Shown here piece after piece: positions 51,688-64,000 of a stretch of 64,000 nt of DNA. This DNA is from Podarcis bocagei (lineage: Eukaryota). The stretch lies in the NCBI GenBank assembly GCA_964188305.1, contig OZ076897.1. One strand, written 5' to 3'. Position numbers and translations under genes: made by a program. Numbering within the stretch: the first letter of the stretch is position 1; every line of letters starts with the position of its first letter. Under the pieces are notes generated by a model, which was not told the DNA's origin, searched no databases, and worked only from the letters and a program-made list of their open reading frames with translations.

Positions 51688-53489
51688 CTATGATAAGAGT
51701 AAAAAAAAGGAAAGATAAAAAATCAATACATTAACCACAGTATGACAGCAGGTTGTGTGCATGTGCATTCTGTACAGGATGCACATAGATCACAGAGCGT
51801 CTGCATTCAATAGCAAAGTGCATAGCTCACACATCGACTTGACTCTATGCCACAAACTCATAATATGCATACTTATACCACAGCTTATCATCAGCTGCAG
51901 GCTATTTGACCAGAGGGATCAAACCAACCAGATGGTCTAACAGGTTAGGCTGACAAGATGTACAAGGTAGCCAAGCAAGCTGCAGTTCATGTTAATTTCC
52001 AGACTACCGTACACTATCACAACACTCACTACTCATCAGCCTGAGCTACATTAATGCTGCCAGACATCAATTTGGACTTTCATTCACTTTTATTTCTTAC
52101 AATGAAATAATGCTTTTAAAGGGGTAGGGCTGTTTGAATAGACTTTCAGCTGGAATTTGCATCGTCTGTAAAAGTTCTATTTTAAATGTGTCCTCAAAAT
52201 GTCTTATCTAGAATTTGAGGATTCAGAAGAAGTTAACCAACAAATTCTGCAGTAAAAGCCAGAATTTAGCCAACTATAGGACCTCCCCCACCTTAAAATG
52301 CCCTTAACTATCCAGAAGGAACAATCCTCTAGTTTTCTTGCCTATCTTTCAAAAAACTATGACACGTTAAAGACATAGAGATGAACAAATTAATGCAGAA
52401 GAGAGTATGGGACTGAATGTTGAAGTTGTGCACCAATGCAAATTATTAGGATTTCCATCCAATTAAAAGAAAACCTAGTTGACCAGTTAACTCTACAGAT
52501 TAACTGTAATCCAGTCAAATTGTTAGGTTTGTGTATGAATAAAAACAACCTTTCTTAGGCAACAATCATATAATGTATAATATCCACTGTTAGCCAGACT
52601 CAGAATAGACCCAATGAAATCAATGGATGTAAGTTCATTATTTTCAGTGGGTCTACTCTATGATTACTCAGACTTCACTGGATATCTCTCTAGGTGTTTA
52701 AAATTATACACGTTACCACAGGTATCACCTAAGGAGAGGCCTTGTTACCTACACAAGGAAATATGGGGCTTGCCATCTGAGGTTTTCAGAAGTATTCACT
52801 GCTACAGAACATTGCAGTGGTGTGGGAGGGATTTTTTTCCAGTGCTTTATTGTTTTACAGGAAAAAAATGTTTCATACATTCATTAGTAACAATAAATGA
52901 ATGACAACTGCATATGTGGAATTAGATAAGCTTGGCAATTTCAACATTTTCAGCTTTGTTCACTAAACACAAGTAAAATAAACATGCTAACTGTTACTCT
53001 GGGAATTTAGAAAAACTGTCAATGCAGACTGAAAAATTTCAAATGCAAATTACCCTGTTATTATAATTCATGTAAGAAAATACAAAATTTTCAGACAAAT
53101 CCACACAACTACTTTTTAGCTGATAAAATATTTTTATTTTTAAATATTTTTAGACAATTATATATTGCAGGCCTAAAATTTAACCAATTATTCAATTGGA
53201 ATGTCTCGTTAAAAATAAACTCCTGTTGGCTTCCAAAATGGAAACCAGCTTTTTTAATCAGAATAGCACTGCTGAATGCATCTGAGAAAACAGGCTCTAT
53301 ATAGCAGCTGTATTTTCTTCAACTTAGTCTCAAATGTGAATTTCTAGTCATACTCTTCCAATGTAAAAAGTAACTTATCTTCTCTTCCCAGTGTGAAACA
53401 CGTGTACAACCCTATTTCGGTAAGACTCATTCAAGGCACTGATCTAGAAACCCAATTACATTACTGGGGCGAAGTAGTAAGAGACAAAC

Positions 53490-53566
53490 CTGAAATGTTG
53501 GTCCTCTTCGTTGTCACTCTGTAGAAGATCATCATTCAGTTCTTCATCTGACATATCCGACTGCGT
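53490..53566 (-). CDS. RBM33: RBM33 coding exon 4 (77 nt): TQSDMSDEELNDDLLQSDNEEDQHF(S)
   Basis: tttAG acceptor, CAG|GTTTGT donor. Contains the conserved SDEELNDDLLQSDNE motif. Confidence 0.93.
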
Positions 53567-54288
53567 CTAAATTTTAAATTTAAAGAATTGCCCTTGAGAT
53601 AACCCAAAATGTAACATTTAAGAACACAGCAAAGAAGGCTGCTCTCTCAGCAGTGAATCTTTAACAAGGGAATTATCAGTTAAGCAGCATTCTTTCATGA
53701 TTAACACTGTTCTACGGCTTTACTCTGAACAGCCCATGAACCAATTGATTAGATATCTTCAATATTTTCAGACTCAAAGCCCACTTTTAACCCTAACATC
53801 TTTTACCACATATATACATGGTGGTAGCGCTCCTGTTGCGACCCACCTTCAATCAGGCTGCTTCAACCCACTAGTTGAAGACCATTGGATTAGAAGAAAA
53901 TAGTAGAAAACTTTGTATTTAAACGGGCTGCATAAAAAACTGATGAAAATTCGTATTAAAAAAATCAACATTCACAAGCAATTTCAAAACTCACAGCAAC
54001 AGCCTGACTTTGAAGAAGGAAAGCACATTTTCCAATATTAGGGCTAGACAATGTAATAAAAAATCAGTGTGGTGCAGTGGCAAGAGTGTTTGATTTAAAT
54101 CAGAGAATCCAAAGTTTAAATCTCAGCTCAGTCTCAATACAGTAAGCCGACAACTTACGTGGGGTTATGTGCCAGGGATTGGGCCTAAAGCCAAAATTGT
54201 GTATAATCAAAACACATCAGGTGCAATGGTGGGAGGGATTGTCAAAGCAGTTTTTCCTCTACGCCCACCCCATTTCCACCCCCTTTTC

Positions 54289-54290
<2 letters not shown>

Positions 54291-54343
<53 letters not shown>
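54291..54343. repeat. (ATT)n microsatellite
   Basis: About 17 units. Confidence 0.97.
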
Positions 54344-54347
<4 letters not shown>

Positions 54348-55739
54348 AGCACATAAAGCTGTATGCACACAAGGTATGTGCATAAGATGTAGGCTTACTG
54401 AACTCAAAAGGCATCTTTGGGCCAATCACTATCTCTAAGCTTTACAACAATTTGTTAAGGAAGGTTAGGACAGAAGGGAGAGACTTGTGTATGCCACCCT
54501 AAACTCCTTGGAAGAAGGCTGGTATAAATGATAAAGTGGTTTGAAAGTGGTAACCGTGAGATCTTACAAGACTCCTCAGAATCAGAGCTTACATTTGAAG
54601 AATGTCTACTGCCTATGAAAAACATACCAGTGTTTGTTATAAATATAAATATTTATAGAGTAGTGGAATGGAAATAAACAAGAGGCCACACAAAGGGAAG
54701 ATAAAAAGAATCTGGTTTTTGCACAATCACCTATTAGGGTTTCTAACTTGATCTCTTGACCAATAGGAGTATGTAGTACCAAAGTTTGTGGCAACACTGC
54801 TGGGTAGAAGGTTCTATTGGCAAGACAAGAAACTGTGCCATGAAAACTAAACACCAAACAAAACTGGAAAAAAGCCAACAATTACTGCTGAACTTACAGA
54901 AAAACTCCTCTCACAGCAGCATGCTACATGACAGAATATTTAAAAGATGTGACCTTGGGACAATAAAATGGGTTTTATTGGGCAGGTGTGGTGGTGAAGC
55001 ACTTAGGATTTAACAAACATATGTATATTCAGCTCTCTCTTACTCAACATCTAAAGGCTGCTATTCTAAAGGTTATTTTTTTATTTTATGTGCTTATTTA
55101 TAAAATTTGTGTACTGCCCTTAATTCAAAGATCTCAGGACAGTTCACAGTGTATAAATACAAAATAAAACCATAAAATACATAATAAAAACAAGAAAAAC
55201 AAGAAAACACACACCTGCAACACACTTAAAAGGATATAGGATATAAATCAGCCAAAGGCCTGGTTGAAAGGCTAACTGGGAAAGATCTAGAGACAGAAAG
55301 TGTGTGGAAATTGGAAGGAGTTCAGAGAGCAGCAGCAAAATTGCTAAAGGTTGGATAAGCTGTTATGCTGCTCTGAACACCTTCCAATTTGTTAATTGTG
55401 TTGTCAACATTTGTTTCCATCCAACAGAAAGCAGGTCAAGTAACCAAAAAAGAGGCATATTAGTACAACTTGTTTTAAAGGACAACATATACAATTTTAT
55501 ATTAACCCAAAAAAGACAATTTTAAAAGCAGGCTAAAAAAATTCTTTGAAAAAAGAAATAACTTGATCATTAAGTAGAAGATTAACAAAATGCAACAGGG
55601 ATGAAGAAAGTGAAACAACAGATCTACTACTGTTTGCTTTGTTTAAAAATGCTGCAAGGAAAATGATAGGGAAACCACCACATGATAGGTTTAAGAAGCA
55701 GTATGAACAAACCGCATCACAAGCAACAAGAGGCTAGAT

Positions 55740-55875
55740 CAGGTATAGGCAAACTCGGCCCTCCAGATGTTTTGGGACTACAACTCCCATCATCCCTAGC
55801 TAACAGGACCAGCGGTCAGGTATGATGGGAATTGTAGTCCCAAAGCTTCTGGAGAGCCGAGTTTGCCTATGCCTG
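55740..55875. mobile_element. hAT-family palindromic MITE (136 bp), same family as 41238-41372
   Basis: TIR CAGGTATAGGCAAACTCGG / CCGAGTTTGCCTATGCCTG with a perfect 8-bp TSD GGCTAGAT. Confidence 0.93.
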
Positions 55876-56591
55876 GGCTAGATTGTACTAAACAATGGGT
55901 TAGACCAAACCCAAGTTAGCTGGACCCACTGAAGTCAATGATATTCAAGTCATGACTCAAAGTCAGTTAGAGAGTATGTACTTGCCACAAGTGTTTATGC
56001 TTTGTAGCCCACAATTTTTGCTATCGTAGTAGCCAAACCACAATAACCCTTCCTTTGTTGACCTTGTACTGCAGCTCTGCATGAGATCAAACACAATCCC
56101 CTACTCCACTCTAAGCCTTGGGTTTGGAGCTAGAAAGAGGTAACTTGCTAGTTTGTACGCCTAGACAACTCCAAAGCTGGGAAGGTGGCTATAACGCATT
56201 ACAGGCTGGGGTCCACTTGCCACAGCAACCACAGAACCTTGTTTATAGTGGATATTCCCTCCTCATTTGATTTACTACATATACAGACCTTGTCTCAAGC
56301 ATCCATGTTTAACATCAAACAGGACTAATAGCTACATCAAGTATAGCAATGCATACTTTGGAGAACACTGGTATTTTTCAGTGCAAAGTTAACACAAATT
56401 GCTGAATTCACGACTCTGCATAAAATATCAATATGCTCATTTTACTTTTGCCAGCCCACAGAAATGGGAAAACAGCTATTAAAAGGAGCCTAACAAGCTT
56501 TCCATCTCCAAACCTCTGGGAAATTTTCTCAGCCCTCCTCTGATTTCCATAATTTCACAAAGCGCTAGTAACATTTTGGCATCCATCTGTC

Positions 56592-56780
56592 TCAGGAGAG
56601 AATGGCAGGGGTAAAGACACACGCTTTATTGCAAGTGGGGCAGATGAAGGTGTTTTGCTGCTGCAGGTGCACCACGGAGTTTATTCTCTCTGTGCTCCTC
56701 CCAGCGGTCATTTCTCCTCTGGTCACTACTGCTGATACATGAACTGATTGTCTCTTTCCAGGCACTACTATAAGGGCCAG
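56592..56780 (-). mobile_element. RTE-clade LINE 3' ORF fragment
   Basis: Frameshifted remnants 'WKETISSCISSSDQRRNDRWEEHRE' and 'NTFICPTCNKAC..ILS' resemble the C-terminal Cys motif of RTE ORFs. Confidence 0.65.
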
Positions 56781-57304
56781 AAAAGCTGAATACTGCAAAT
56801 CTGATGGTTTTCAATCCTGTATTCAAATATCTATTTTTTTGCACTTGCCTGGCAAGATCATTGATACTTGGTATACAAAGCTCCTGCTAAATATTCAGGT
56901 GAGAGTTTAAAAAGAGCTATTTGTCATTATTAAACAAGAATATTGCATACTTCAAGTTTCCCTTCAATGCAACCGCTCTATATAACCAACCTTTGGCCTT
57001 ATAACAGGTCCTTCTAGCAGTAGCTTCCGTGTACATTTATGTTCATAACTGCCCTCACACCACTTTGTGAAGCAAGCAGGAGAAACTGCCAATCATTCCA
57101 TACATGAAAGAAATAGCACCGGCTGGGAAACCTGGCTTGGTTGAACTCTTTTCAGGCTTCCATATACAAGCACATGCTTGAAGATAAACACAATCAGGTT
57201 ACTGTCAGAGCTGCTCCATTACACTCTACAAAAACAGAAAACTGGCAGAACCAAAGAAGTTAATGTCTTTTTTACATATTTATGCATACAGCTTACTTAT
57301 TTAC

Positions 57305-57353
57305 CTTTTTGCCAGCCAGCAAATCTTCTCCTAGCAAGTCATCGTCTAATTCA
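57305..57353 (-). CDS. RBM33: RBM33 coding exon 3 (49 nt): ELDDDLLGEDLLAGKK
   Basis: Polypyrimidine tract with ttcttccAG acceptor, AAG|GTAAAT donor. Phase is compatible with exons 2 and 4, and the peptide matches ELEDDLLGEDLLSGKK. Confidence 0.93.
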
Positions 57354-60119
57354 CTGGAAGAAAAAAATCATTCACAGACTTACAATGAGCTTTCTGAAGC
57401 AAGGATTCTAAAAGCTATTGTAGTAATTCATAAAATAGTCAAAGTTATAGAAATGAGGAAGCAATTTCAGGGTTGCCACATTTCAAAAACAGTTTTTTTT
57501 AGGAAACCACCAAAATAAAAACTCTGCTGATAAAAACTCTCACTTTCGTCTGAATAGTGAGATAAAAATACTTTAAATAAACAAACAATTAAATTTATTA
57601 TTATTTAGGTGACTTAAAGGCTAGAGACAAATAGTTACATAGTGCTTCATGATGATTCTAAAAGAACTTATGGTTTCCATTTTACCACCAGTTATTTAAT
57701 ATTGAATCCTCCAGATCATTTTTGCCCACTGACTCTTAACAGTACTGAAGAACAGCAAATTAAATAGAACAAATGCAAAACACATTTTGATGTATCTAAT
57801 TTTAAAGAAAGATTAGCAGTCTCAAAACCATAGTTAGTGCTTGATTTAACTCCTTTCAAGAAAAGCTACTTACCACAGCGTAAACCTCATGGAAAGAGGC
57901 AGGGAACTTACTGAGGATAAGGAGTGTCACAAAGGAAGACTGCCAATCTTCATATAATGTAATTCCAACACATTATCAGCATTGCTAGGGGTTCTTTTGG
58001 CTCAAGTTTGTGGTCACCAAGATATTATCACTCCTTCTCCCTGATAGCTCAGTCTGGTTTTGCCATATGTTGGAGCAACATTCAAGCCTGTCTTGTCTTA
58101 GTTATCTAGACTCTGTTTGGAGCTCTCCATGGTGCTACTTACTGTAACTGCTGTTTTAGGACTGCAACCTCTGCTTTCTTTGCCTGATCTTACTTGGTCA
58201 TGCTCACTGGCATCCAACCTCAAGATTACTAAACCTTGCCCAACTGGAATCCAGTCTCTCCTTGACCTGGCTTTGTTGACTGGATCCTGAACTGGCACTA
58301 GCAGTGCATGACCTTGCAACCCTGAACTAGCACACACATCCACTCAGGTTAGAACCCTTACCACTGACAGAACACCAGTCTCCTAATGTTTTCTCCTGAA
58401 ATTAAACATGTATGGGGAGAAATGCTCATTGCTGTTCAGGACAATAGGTCAGGAGGCCATTCATCAAAGCCACCCTAAAGATACTGCATTAGAAAGAAAG
58501 TGAAAGTTCACCTATACAATTTCTGAAGAGAACACATATCTAAGAGAAATCAACTATTCGAGCTGGAAAAAGCAACAGTTTGAGTAACCTACAATTCCTA
58601 TTCCTTCCTCTTATCAAAGATTACCAGCAACTTTCTTTCTCCACATCTCCTCTGTTCCCACCCCACAAAGAAGTGGAAGCATTTGCTCTGTTGAAAAGCA
58701 GGTGCTAACTGGGATGGGGACACCAATATCCTTTTCCAAGTGGCAAGAAAGAATTCAGCTATGAAGTAGTAGTAACCAGATATAAAAGCAAGCTGCCATT
58801 CTAGTGGTGTTCACAGTGCGAAACATTTGGAAGAAAAAAGGATTGTGTGCAAATATTACACCATGGGGGCCTGATCCTATGCTGTGCTGCAAAGAAATAA
58901 TGCCCTGCTGCACGCATGTCCTGGCTGCTGACTAAAGCAGCAGGAATCACCATTGCTGGCACTCTGGAACTATCTCAAAGTAGTACAGAGTACCAAAAGA
59001 GTGTAGGGCACAACTATTATAGGCCACTTGAACCTAACTGTACACAATGATAGCATTTTCAGAGACTCTTCCCTAGCTACAGCCACCATCTGTAACCCTA
59101 CACATCTTCCTATACTATGAAGATCTGAAATAGTGCCAGAGTGGCAGTACTAGTTGCAGTTGCTGCTTTGGTGGACAGGGTTTGTTTCTTAGCTGAATAC
59201 TGGGGACAGGGGTCTCACTGTGACGGTACTCTGCTTGTGGAACATTCTTCCCTGGCAGATTTGCCTGGTACCGATCCTGGTGTCAAAGACTTTTGTTTAT
59301 TTTCCCACAAGTTTTATTTAACTCTTACTGCTTGTTTTAATGCTGCTGTTTAATGCTGTTACCTGTTTTTTAGTACTGTGTTTTACTGTTTCATTATTTA
59401 TTTTAATCGTACTTTGGTAAGTTTGTAAATGTTTATATTTAAGGGCACCACAAAAACGTTAACAAAAAATAAATATGTAACCTGTTTTGAGATCTACAGG
59501 AATGATAATGTGCTAGCCACTCAATACTGCTAGGAGCTGTTGCATTCAGTTTGCCTTAAGATCTAGGGGCACCAACAATGCAGTTCTCTACAACTTGCCT
59601 TGTATAAGAAGCTGCTGTAAGCCAATGCAGCACAACCCTTTGCTTGCATCACAACAGAAGGTAGTCCTGGGTTTGAAGTCTCTAATATTTGCCACTAGCA
59701 TTAATAGGAAAAATAGCAAAAGTCAATTTAGATATAAAAAAATGTTTAAGAGGATTTTTAGGAACCTGTTTGTATCCAAGATAAAACATGTTATGCTTTA
59801 AAGCAAAAAATATTTTTTCCCATGGAATTCTCTCTTCTGAACTAAACTAAATTTAGTTATGAAGCCAACTGCAAGAGCAAGCCTTACCCTGCCAACATTT
59901 TATGCAGTGTTCTTCATTATACTAGACTTGTTCATGTCTCCAGACTAAGCTCTTCACGACAGGTGTACATTATCCACAACTGAGCATATGACACAAACAC
60001 AGCAGGCAGATAACTTCATTAGTGTATGAATTTGCACTTTAAAAAAGCAGGATACAAAATACAAACTCAAAAAAAAAATGGAATACCATATAATGAAAAA
60101 CATTTTTAAAAGGGCTTAC

Positions 60120-60198
60120 CTGTCCCAGTCTTCATCTCCAGTTCTCCTCCTCCAAGATCTTTCTGCACCAGGCTTATCGAACTGATCAAAGTCATCAT
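60120..60198 (-). CDS. RBM33: RBM33 coding exon 2 (79 nt): (D)DDFDQFDKPGAERSWRRRTGDEDWD(S)
   Basis: Acceptor tgcttgcAG, donor AG|GTAAGC. The peptide matches the recalled RBM33 N-terminus DDDFDQFDKPGAERSWRRR. Confidence 0.95.
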
Positions 60199-60678
60199 CT
60201 GCAAGCAGAAGACATTTAGTGATTTGCACAAGAACACAAAAAGAAAATCACAGATCATAAAACAGCAGTGCTGACATTTTCTCTCCTTAGAACTTGCCAA
60301 TTGCTCTTACGCTTGTTCTTCTATGAGAAGAACTGAAAAATATACTAGACTTATTAAACTGAAAGGAATCCTTCTAGTTTGCCAGTAGTACCATTAATCT
60401 TCTCAGTTCCATTATGTTATTGATGCTGTTCACTGCCACTGCTTTCTGCTTTCTTTGATCTTTTGATTGCCTGTTATTATGTTGCTTTTATCAATTGGGA
60501 CTTGGGTGCTCCACTGAGAATCATCTTAAATAAATGTAAGCTATTTTACGTTACAATGGTAAAAACCACAGTACCCTATGACAGCAAGTTCCATAGGTTA
60601 ACATGCACAATAGAAAACCAAATTAAGTTTGCCACTTATTAATAACAAGACTAAAGGGCATATTGTAAAGCAAGGGAT

Positions 60679-60919
60679 GAAGAAGAAGAGTTTGGATTTG
60701 ATATCCCGCCTTTCACTCCCCCTTCAGGAGTCTCAAAGCGGCTAACATTCTCCTTTCCCTTCCTCCCCCACAACAAACACTCTGTGAGGTGAGTGGGGCT
60801 GAGAGACTTCAAAGAAGTGTGACTGGCCCAAGGTCACCCAGCAGCTGCATGTGGAGGAGCGGAGACGTGAACCCGGTTCCCCAGATTACGAGACTACCGC
60901 TCTTAACCACTACACCACA
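60679..60919 (-). mobile_element. Young tRNA-derived CORE-type SINE (Squam3-like), inverted copy of 10071-10319
   Basis: Its reverse complement differs from 10073-10319 at only about 4 positions over about 240 bp. (GAA)n tail at the low end. Confidence 0.9.
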
Positions 60920-61659
60920 AATGACTATTTTCTGTGCTTGTCTGAAGTGGTACGTGTCTCAGCTGATTTTTGCATTTAAGATTTCTATTAAGCTGCCATG
61001 GACATTAATTTAACAGAAAAACCTGATATTTTTAAAACAGAGGTTTAACATTAAAACTCCACCAATTCCTAGTTTTCAGTAACTCCTTCCTGCTGTGAAA
61101 GACATTCCGTGCATATGCAGGAAATTGACAGAAAGCCTATTCTTTTTTTCTGCAAACAAGAATATGGATTTCAGAAAGCTTTCCTGCCCCGAAATGTTAC
61201 CTCTGTACAAAAAGTCACGTGACATCCTCTTCAATATGCAAAAGCCATCATTACTACTCAGGTACTGACACTCAGGTACTGACACTGTGAGAGCCATTAC
61301 TCCTCCTTGTGGCTGTTCCACTGAAAAAAACTTCTCAATAACCGCACACCCTCTGAAAATTCAACTGGTACCAATGTCTAGTTTTAGACACCAGCTGAAA
61401 ACCTGCCTCTTTCATCAGACTTATTAATGCAGAATGAAGCTGAGACTGAAAAAAACAACAACTATTAAATGTTCTGTTATATAGCTAATCTTAATGTCTT
61501 TCATTGCAGATGGTTTATTGTATTTATTGTTGTAACCCACCCCAGGGTCCTAGTATTAAGGCAAGGATCTAAGTTTATAAAACAAACAAATGTACCTTTT
61601 GACAAGCTAAATGTGCCTACTATAAGTATGGATCTTGTTATTACTCACAAATTCATTTG

Positions 61660-61905
61660 ACATGACTCTTAGGAGAACAATTCCCCCATGTGTTTCAACA
61701 TCTACATGAAACTGTTGGGAGAAGCCACATCAAGGTTAGGATTGATGAGTCATCAATATGAAGAGGACACTCAGCTATGACTCATTTTTCTGTCTGCTCA
61801 TTTCAAGGAGGCTGTTGAACTCTGAACACCTGTCTGGAAACTCTACTGGGTTGGTTGAAGTTGAGCGAGCTTAAACTTAATCCAGGTAAAATGAAGGTGT
61901 GTAGA
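61660..61905 (+). mobile_element. L2 LINE RT-domain fragment
   Basis: Decayed FNIYMKLLGE...HQYEEDTQL...LKLNPGK, where YEED is a decayed YADD. Confidence 0.7.
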
Positions 61906-62029
61906 TGACTGTGAATAGATATTTCAAGTTGTTCAGGACTTTCTACTTCAGCAACAACCACTTGATTAGAGCTCAGAAGCAAGCGGGTAACCAATGCAGT
62001 TCTTTTAGGAGTGGCACAATATGCGCCTG

Positions 62030-62750
62030 GCCAGTGGATGCCACTTTCTGCAGATCAACTAACAGTGTTCAAGGTCAGCCAAACACAGAGCACATTACAA
62101 CAATCCAATACAGAGGTCTACAAAACCATGCACTACTGTTTCTAGGTATTCTCCATCAAGGATGAGACATGGTTGGCAAACCTAGGTACTCTTCACTACC
62201 TAGGCTTCAAATTATCACACTGAATCTAGCAGTATCCCCTCTCCCACTTTCAGGGCAAGTGCAAACCAACCCAGAGCTGGCAGATCTTTCATTTTCTAAA
62301 CCCAAGAACCAGGAACACACAACACCTCTATCTTGTCTGGGTTCAATTTCAATGTGCTGGCACACATTCAGCCCAATGCCACCTTCAGGCAACTGCTTCT
62401 CCTGATTCAGAGGCAAGAGACAGACAGACAGAGCTGGGTGTCATCAGCATACTAATGACACTTCATTCAAAATCCCCTGATGACAGCTTGCAACAACTTC
62501 GTTTAGATGTTGAACATCATCAGAGAACAGACTAAACCTACAGGACACCGCAGGTTATATCTCATGGTGCTGAATCGTAGTTCCCCAATGCTACTTTCTG
62601 GGAATAACCTCTGGGAATAACCTATTGCAAAACAGTGCCTCTCAATCTCAATCCATGAAGCCCCACTAGAATGAAAGATACTATGATCAACGGTATCAAG
62701 AGTCACCAAACTGAAAAATGTGTAAGGCTGTACTCCCAAGCATTCCTCTC
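62030..62750 (-). mobile_element. L2 LINE RT-domain fragment, inverted relative to 61660-61905
   Basis: The minus strand reads ..DTVDH.., FNI.., 'CH*YADDTQL' and LKLNPDK. Confidence 0.75.
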
Positions 62751-62771
62751 CCAAACAAAAGCAATCAATTA

Positions 62772-63013
62772 CAGTGGTACCTCAGGTTAAGTACTTAATT
62801 TGTTCTGGAGGTCCATACTTAACCTGAAACTGTTCTTAACCTGAAGCACCACTTTAGCTAATGGAGCCTCCTGCTGCTGCTGCGCCGCTGGAGCACGATT
62901 TTTGTTCTCATCCTGAAGCAAAGTTCTTAACCTGAAGCACTATTTCTGGGTTAGCGGAGTCTGTAACCTGAGGCGTATGTAACCTGAAGGGTATGTAACC
63001 CGAGGTACCACTG
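62772..63013. mobile_element. TcMar-like MITE, subfamily C
   Basis: TA-CAGTGGTACCTC...GAGGTACCACTG-TA. Same orientation as 2585-2810. Confidence 0.92.
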
Positions 63014-63523
63014 TACTACAACCTCAGTAGCCTTAAACCAGATTAAGGTGGATCTAAATAATCCACTTCATTAAAGCCATGCTTGTAGTTGGGTCACTAC
63101 CACTTTCTCAAGCACCTTGTCCCTTCCCCTTGCCAAAAGAGGATATTGGTGACTGGAAGATTTGTTAGGAACTTCAGTGTCCAGGGAAGTCCTCATTGAG
63201 CACAGATGGCACTTCCCTCTCCCACAATGAGTATTTGCCACACACTGCACCCTCCAATTCAACCCCCCTGGACCCAGTCAGGTTTAATAAGCCATTGAGG
63301 CAAGAGTTGAAAAGACAAGTGGTAGGCCACCCTGTAAGTTTACATTCAGACTTTCTTATATCAGTGGAAGATCTCATTAATTTCAAGATTAAAGAAAAGA
63401 AAAAGAATTTTTTGTTCATATAAATGCAAAGAAAGCAGTCAAAGTAATACCTTCATCCAGAAATGAATCTAGGCCCCATTGTGCAAAAGGTGGTTTAGGT
63501 AATCAGTGTCTGCCAAGCAATTA

Positions 63524-63736
63524 CAGTGGTACCTCAGGTTACAGGAGCTTCAGGTTACAGACTCCGAGTACCTCGGGTTAAGAACTTTGCTTCAGGATGA
63601 GAACAGAAATTGTTCAGCGGCGGCACAACGGCAGCAGGAGGCCCCATTAGCTAAAGTGGTGCTTCAGGTTAAGAACACTTTCAGGTTAAGAACGGACCTC
63701 CAGAACAAATTAAGTTCTTAACCCGAGGTACCACTG
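63524..63736. mobile_element. TcMar-like MITE, subfamily C, inverted relative to 62772-63013
   Basis: Same TIRs and TA flanks. Internal sequence is the reverse complement of 62772-63013. Confidence 0.92.
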
Positions 63737-64000
63737 TAGTTCTGTTAAGAGCAGTGGTTCTCAAAGGGTGTTGTGTGTCACACTGGTGTGGCAGGAGAGG
63801 ATGGCAAGTGTGATGGGAAGATTCAAGGAAAATCAAAGAAACATTTAAATATTTCCGTGTAATATATAAGATCAAAGTATTTTTTTATTTGCAGAGCATG
63901 GGGCATCTTTTCAAAATGAGAGCAAGAGCATCAAGTGATACTGAGGACAATCCTAACTGTGATCCAAAATCACCAATTGAACAGAGTTCTGCGAACAGTA

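Noticed and set aside
57384-57407. Apparent 24-nt micro-exon (tttAG ... |GTAAGT) just upstream of exon 3
   Set aside because: The intervening intron would be only 30 nt, too short for vertebrate splicing.
57925-58370. Possible solo LTR (TGTCA...TGACA)
   Set aside because: No matching target-site duplication and no second copy, so the evidence is insufficient.

Overview
Vertebrate genomic DNA, most likely a squamate and probably a lacertid lizard, judged from the Sauria/Squam-type SINEs and TA-flanked CAGTGGTACCT MITEs. The whole window lies inside one minus-strand gene, RBM33 (RNA-binding motif protein 33). I reconstructed 14 internal coding exons between 60198 and 16226 with canonical AG/GT sites. 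They splice into one stop-free frame of 3125 nt (about 1042 codons), from 'DDDFDQFDKPGAERSWRRR' to 'KVRVIKLSGG'. I did not find exon 1 or the 3' RRM-encoding exons, which presumably lie outside the window. Exon numbers follow the human gene as I recall it. The introns hold many transposon relics: TcMar and hAT MITEs, tRNA- and 5S-derived SINEs, and CR1, L2 and RTE fragments. They also hold microsatellites, one 172-N gap and several repeat-free, homeodomain-motif-rich blocks that look like conserved developmental enhancers (in amniotes RBM33 lies between EN2/CNPY1 and SHH). Most ORFs in the six-frame track are spurious. No new biological system can be demonstrated from sequence alone. The best leads are inverted-repeat and circRNA architecture, an extra acidic cassette exon, lineage-specific polyQ/QH expansions, a possible truncated isoform with a hydrophobic tail, candidate enhancers and a CTCF motif.
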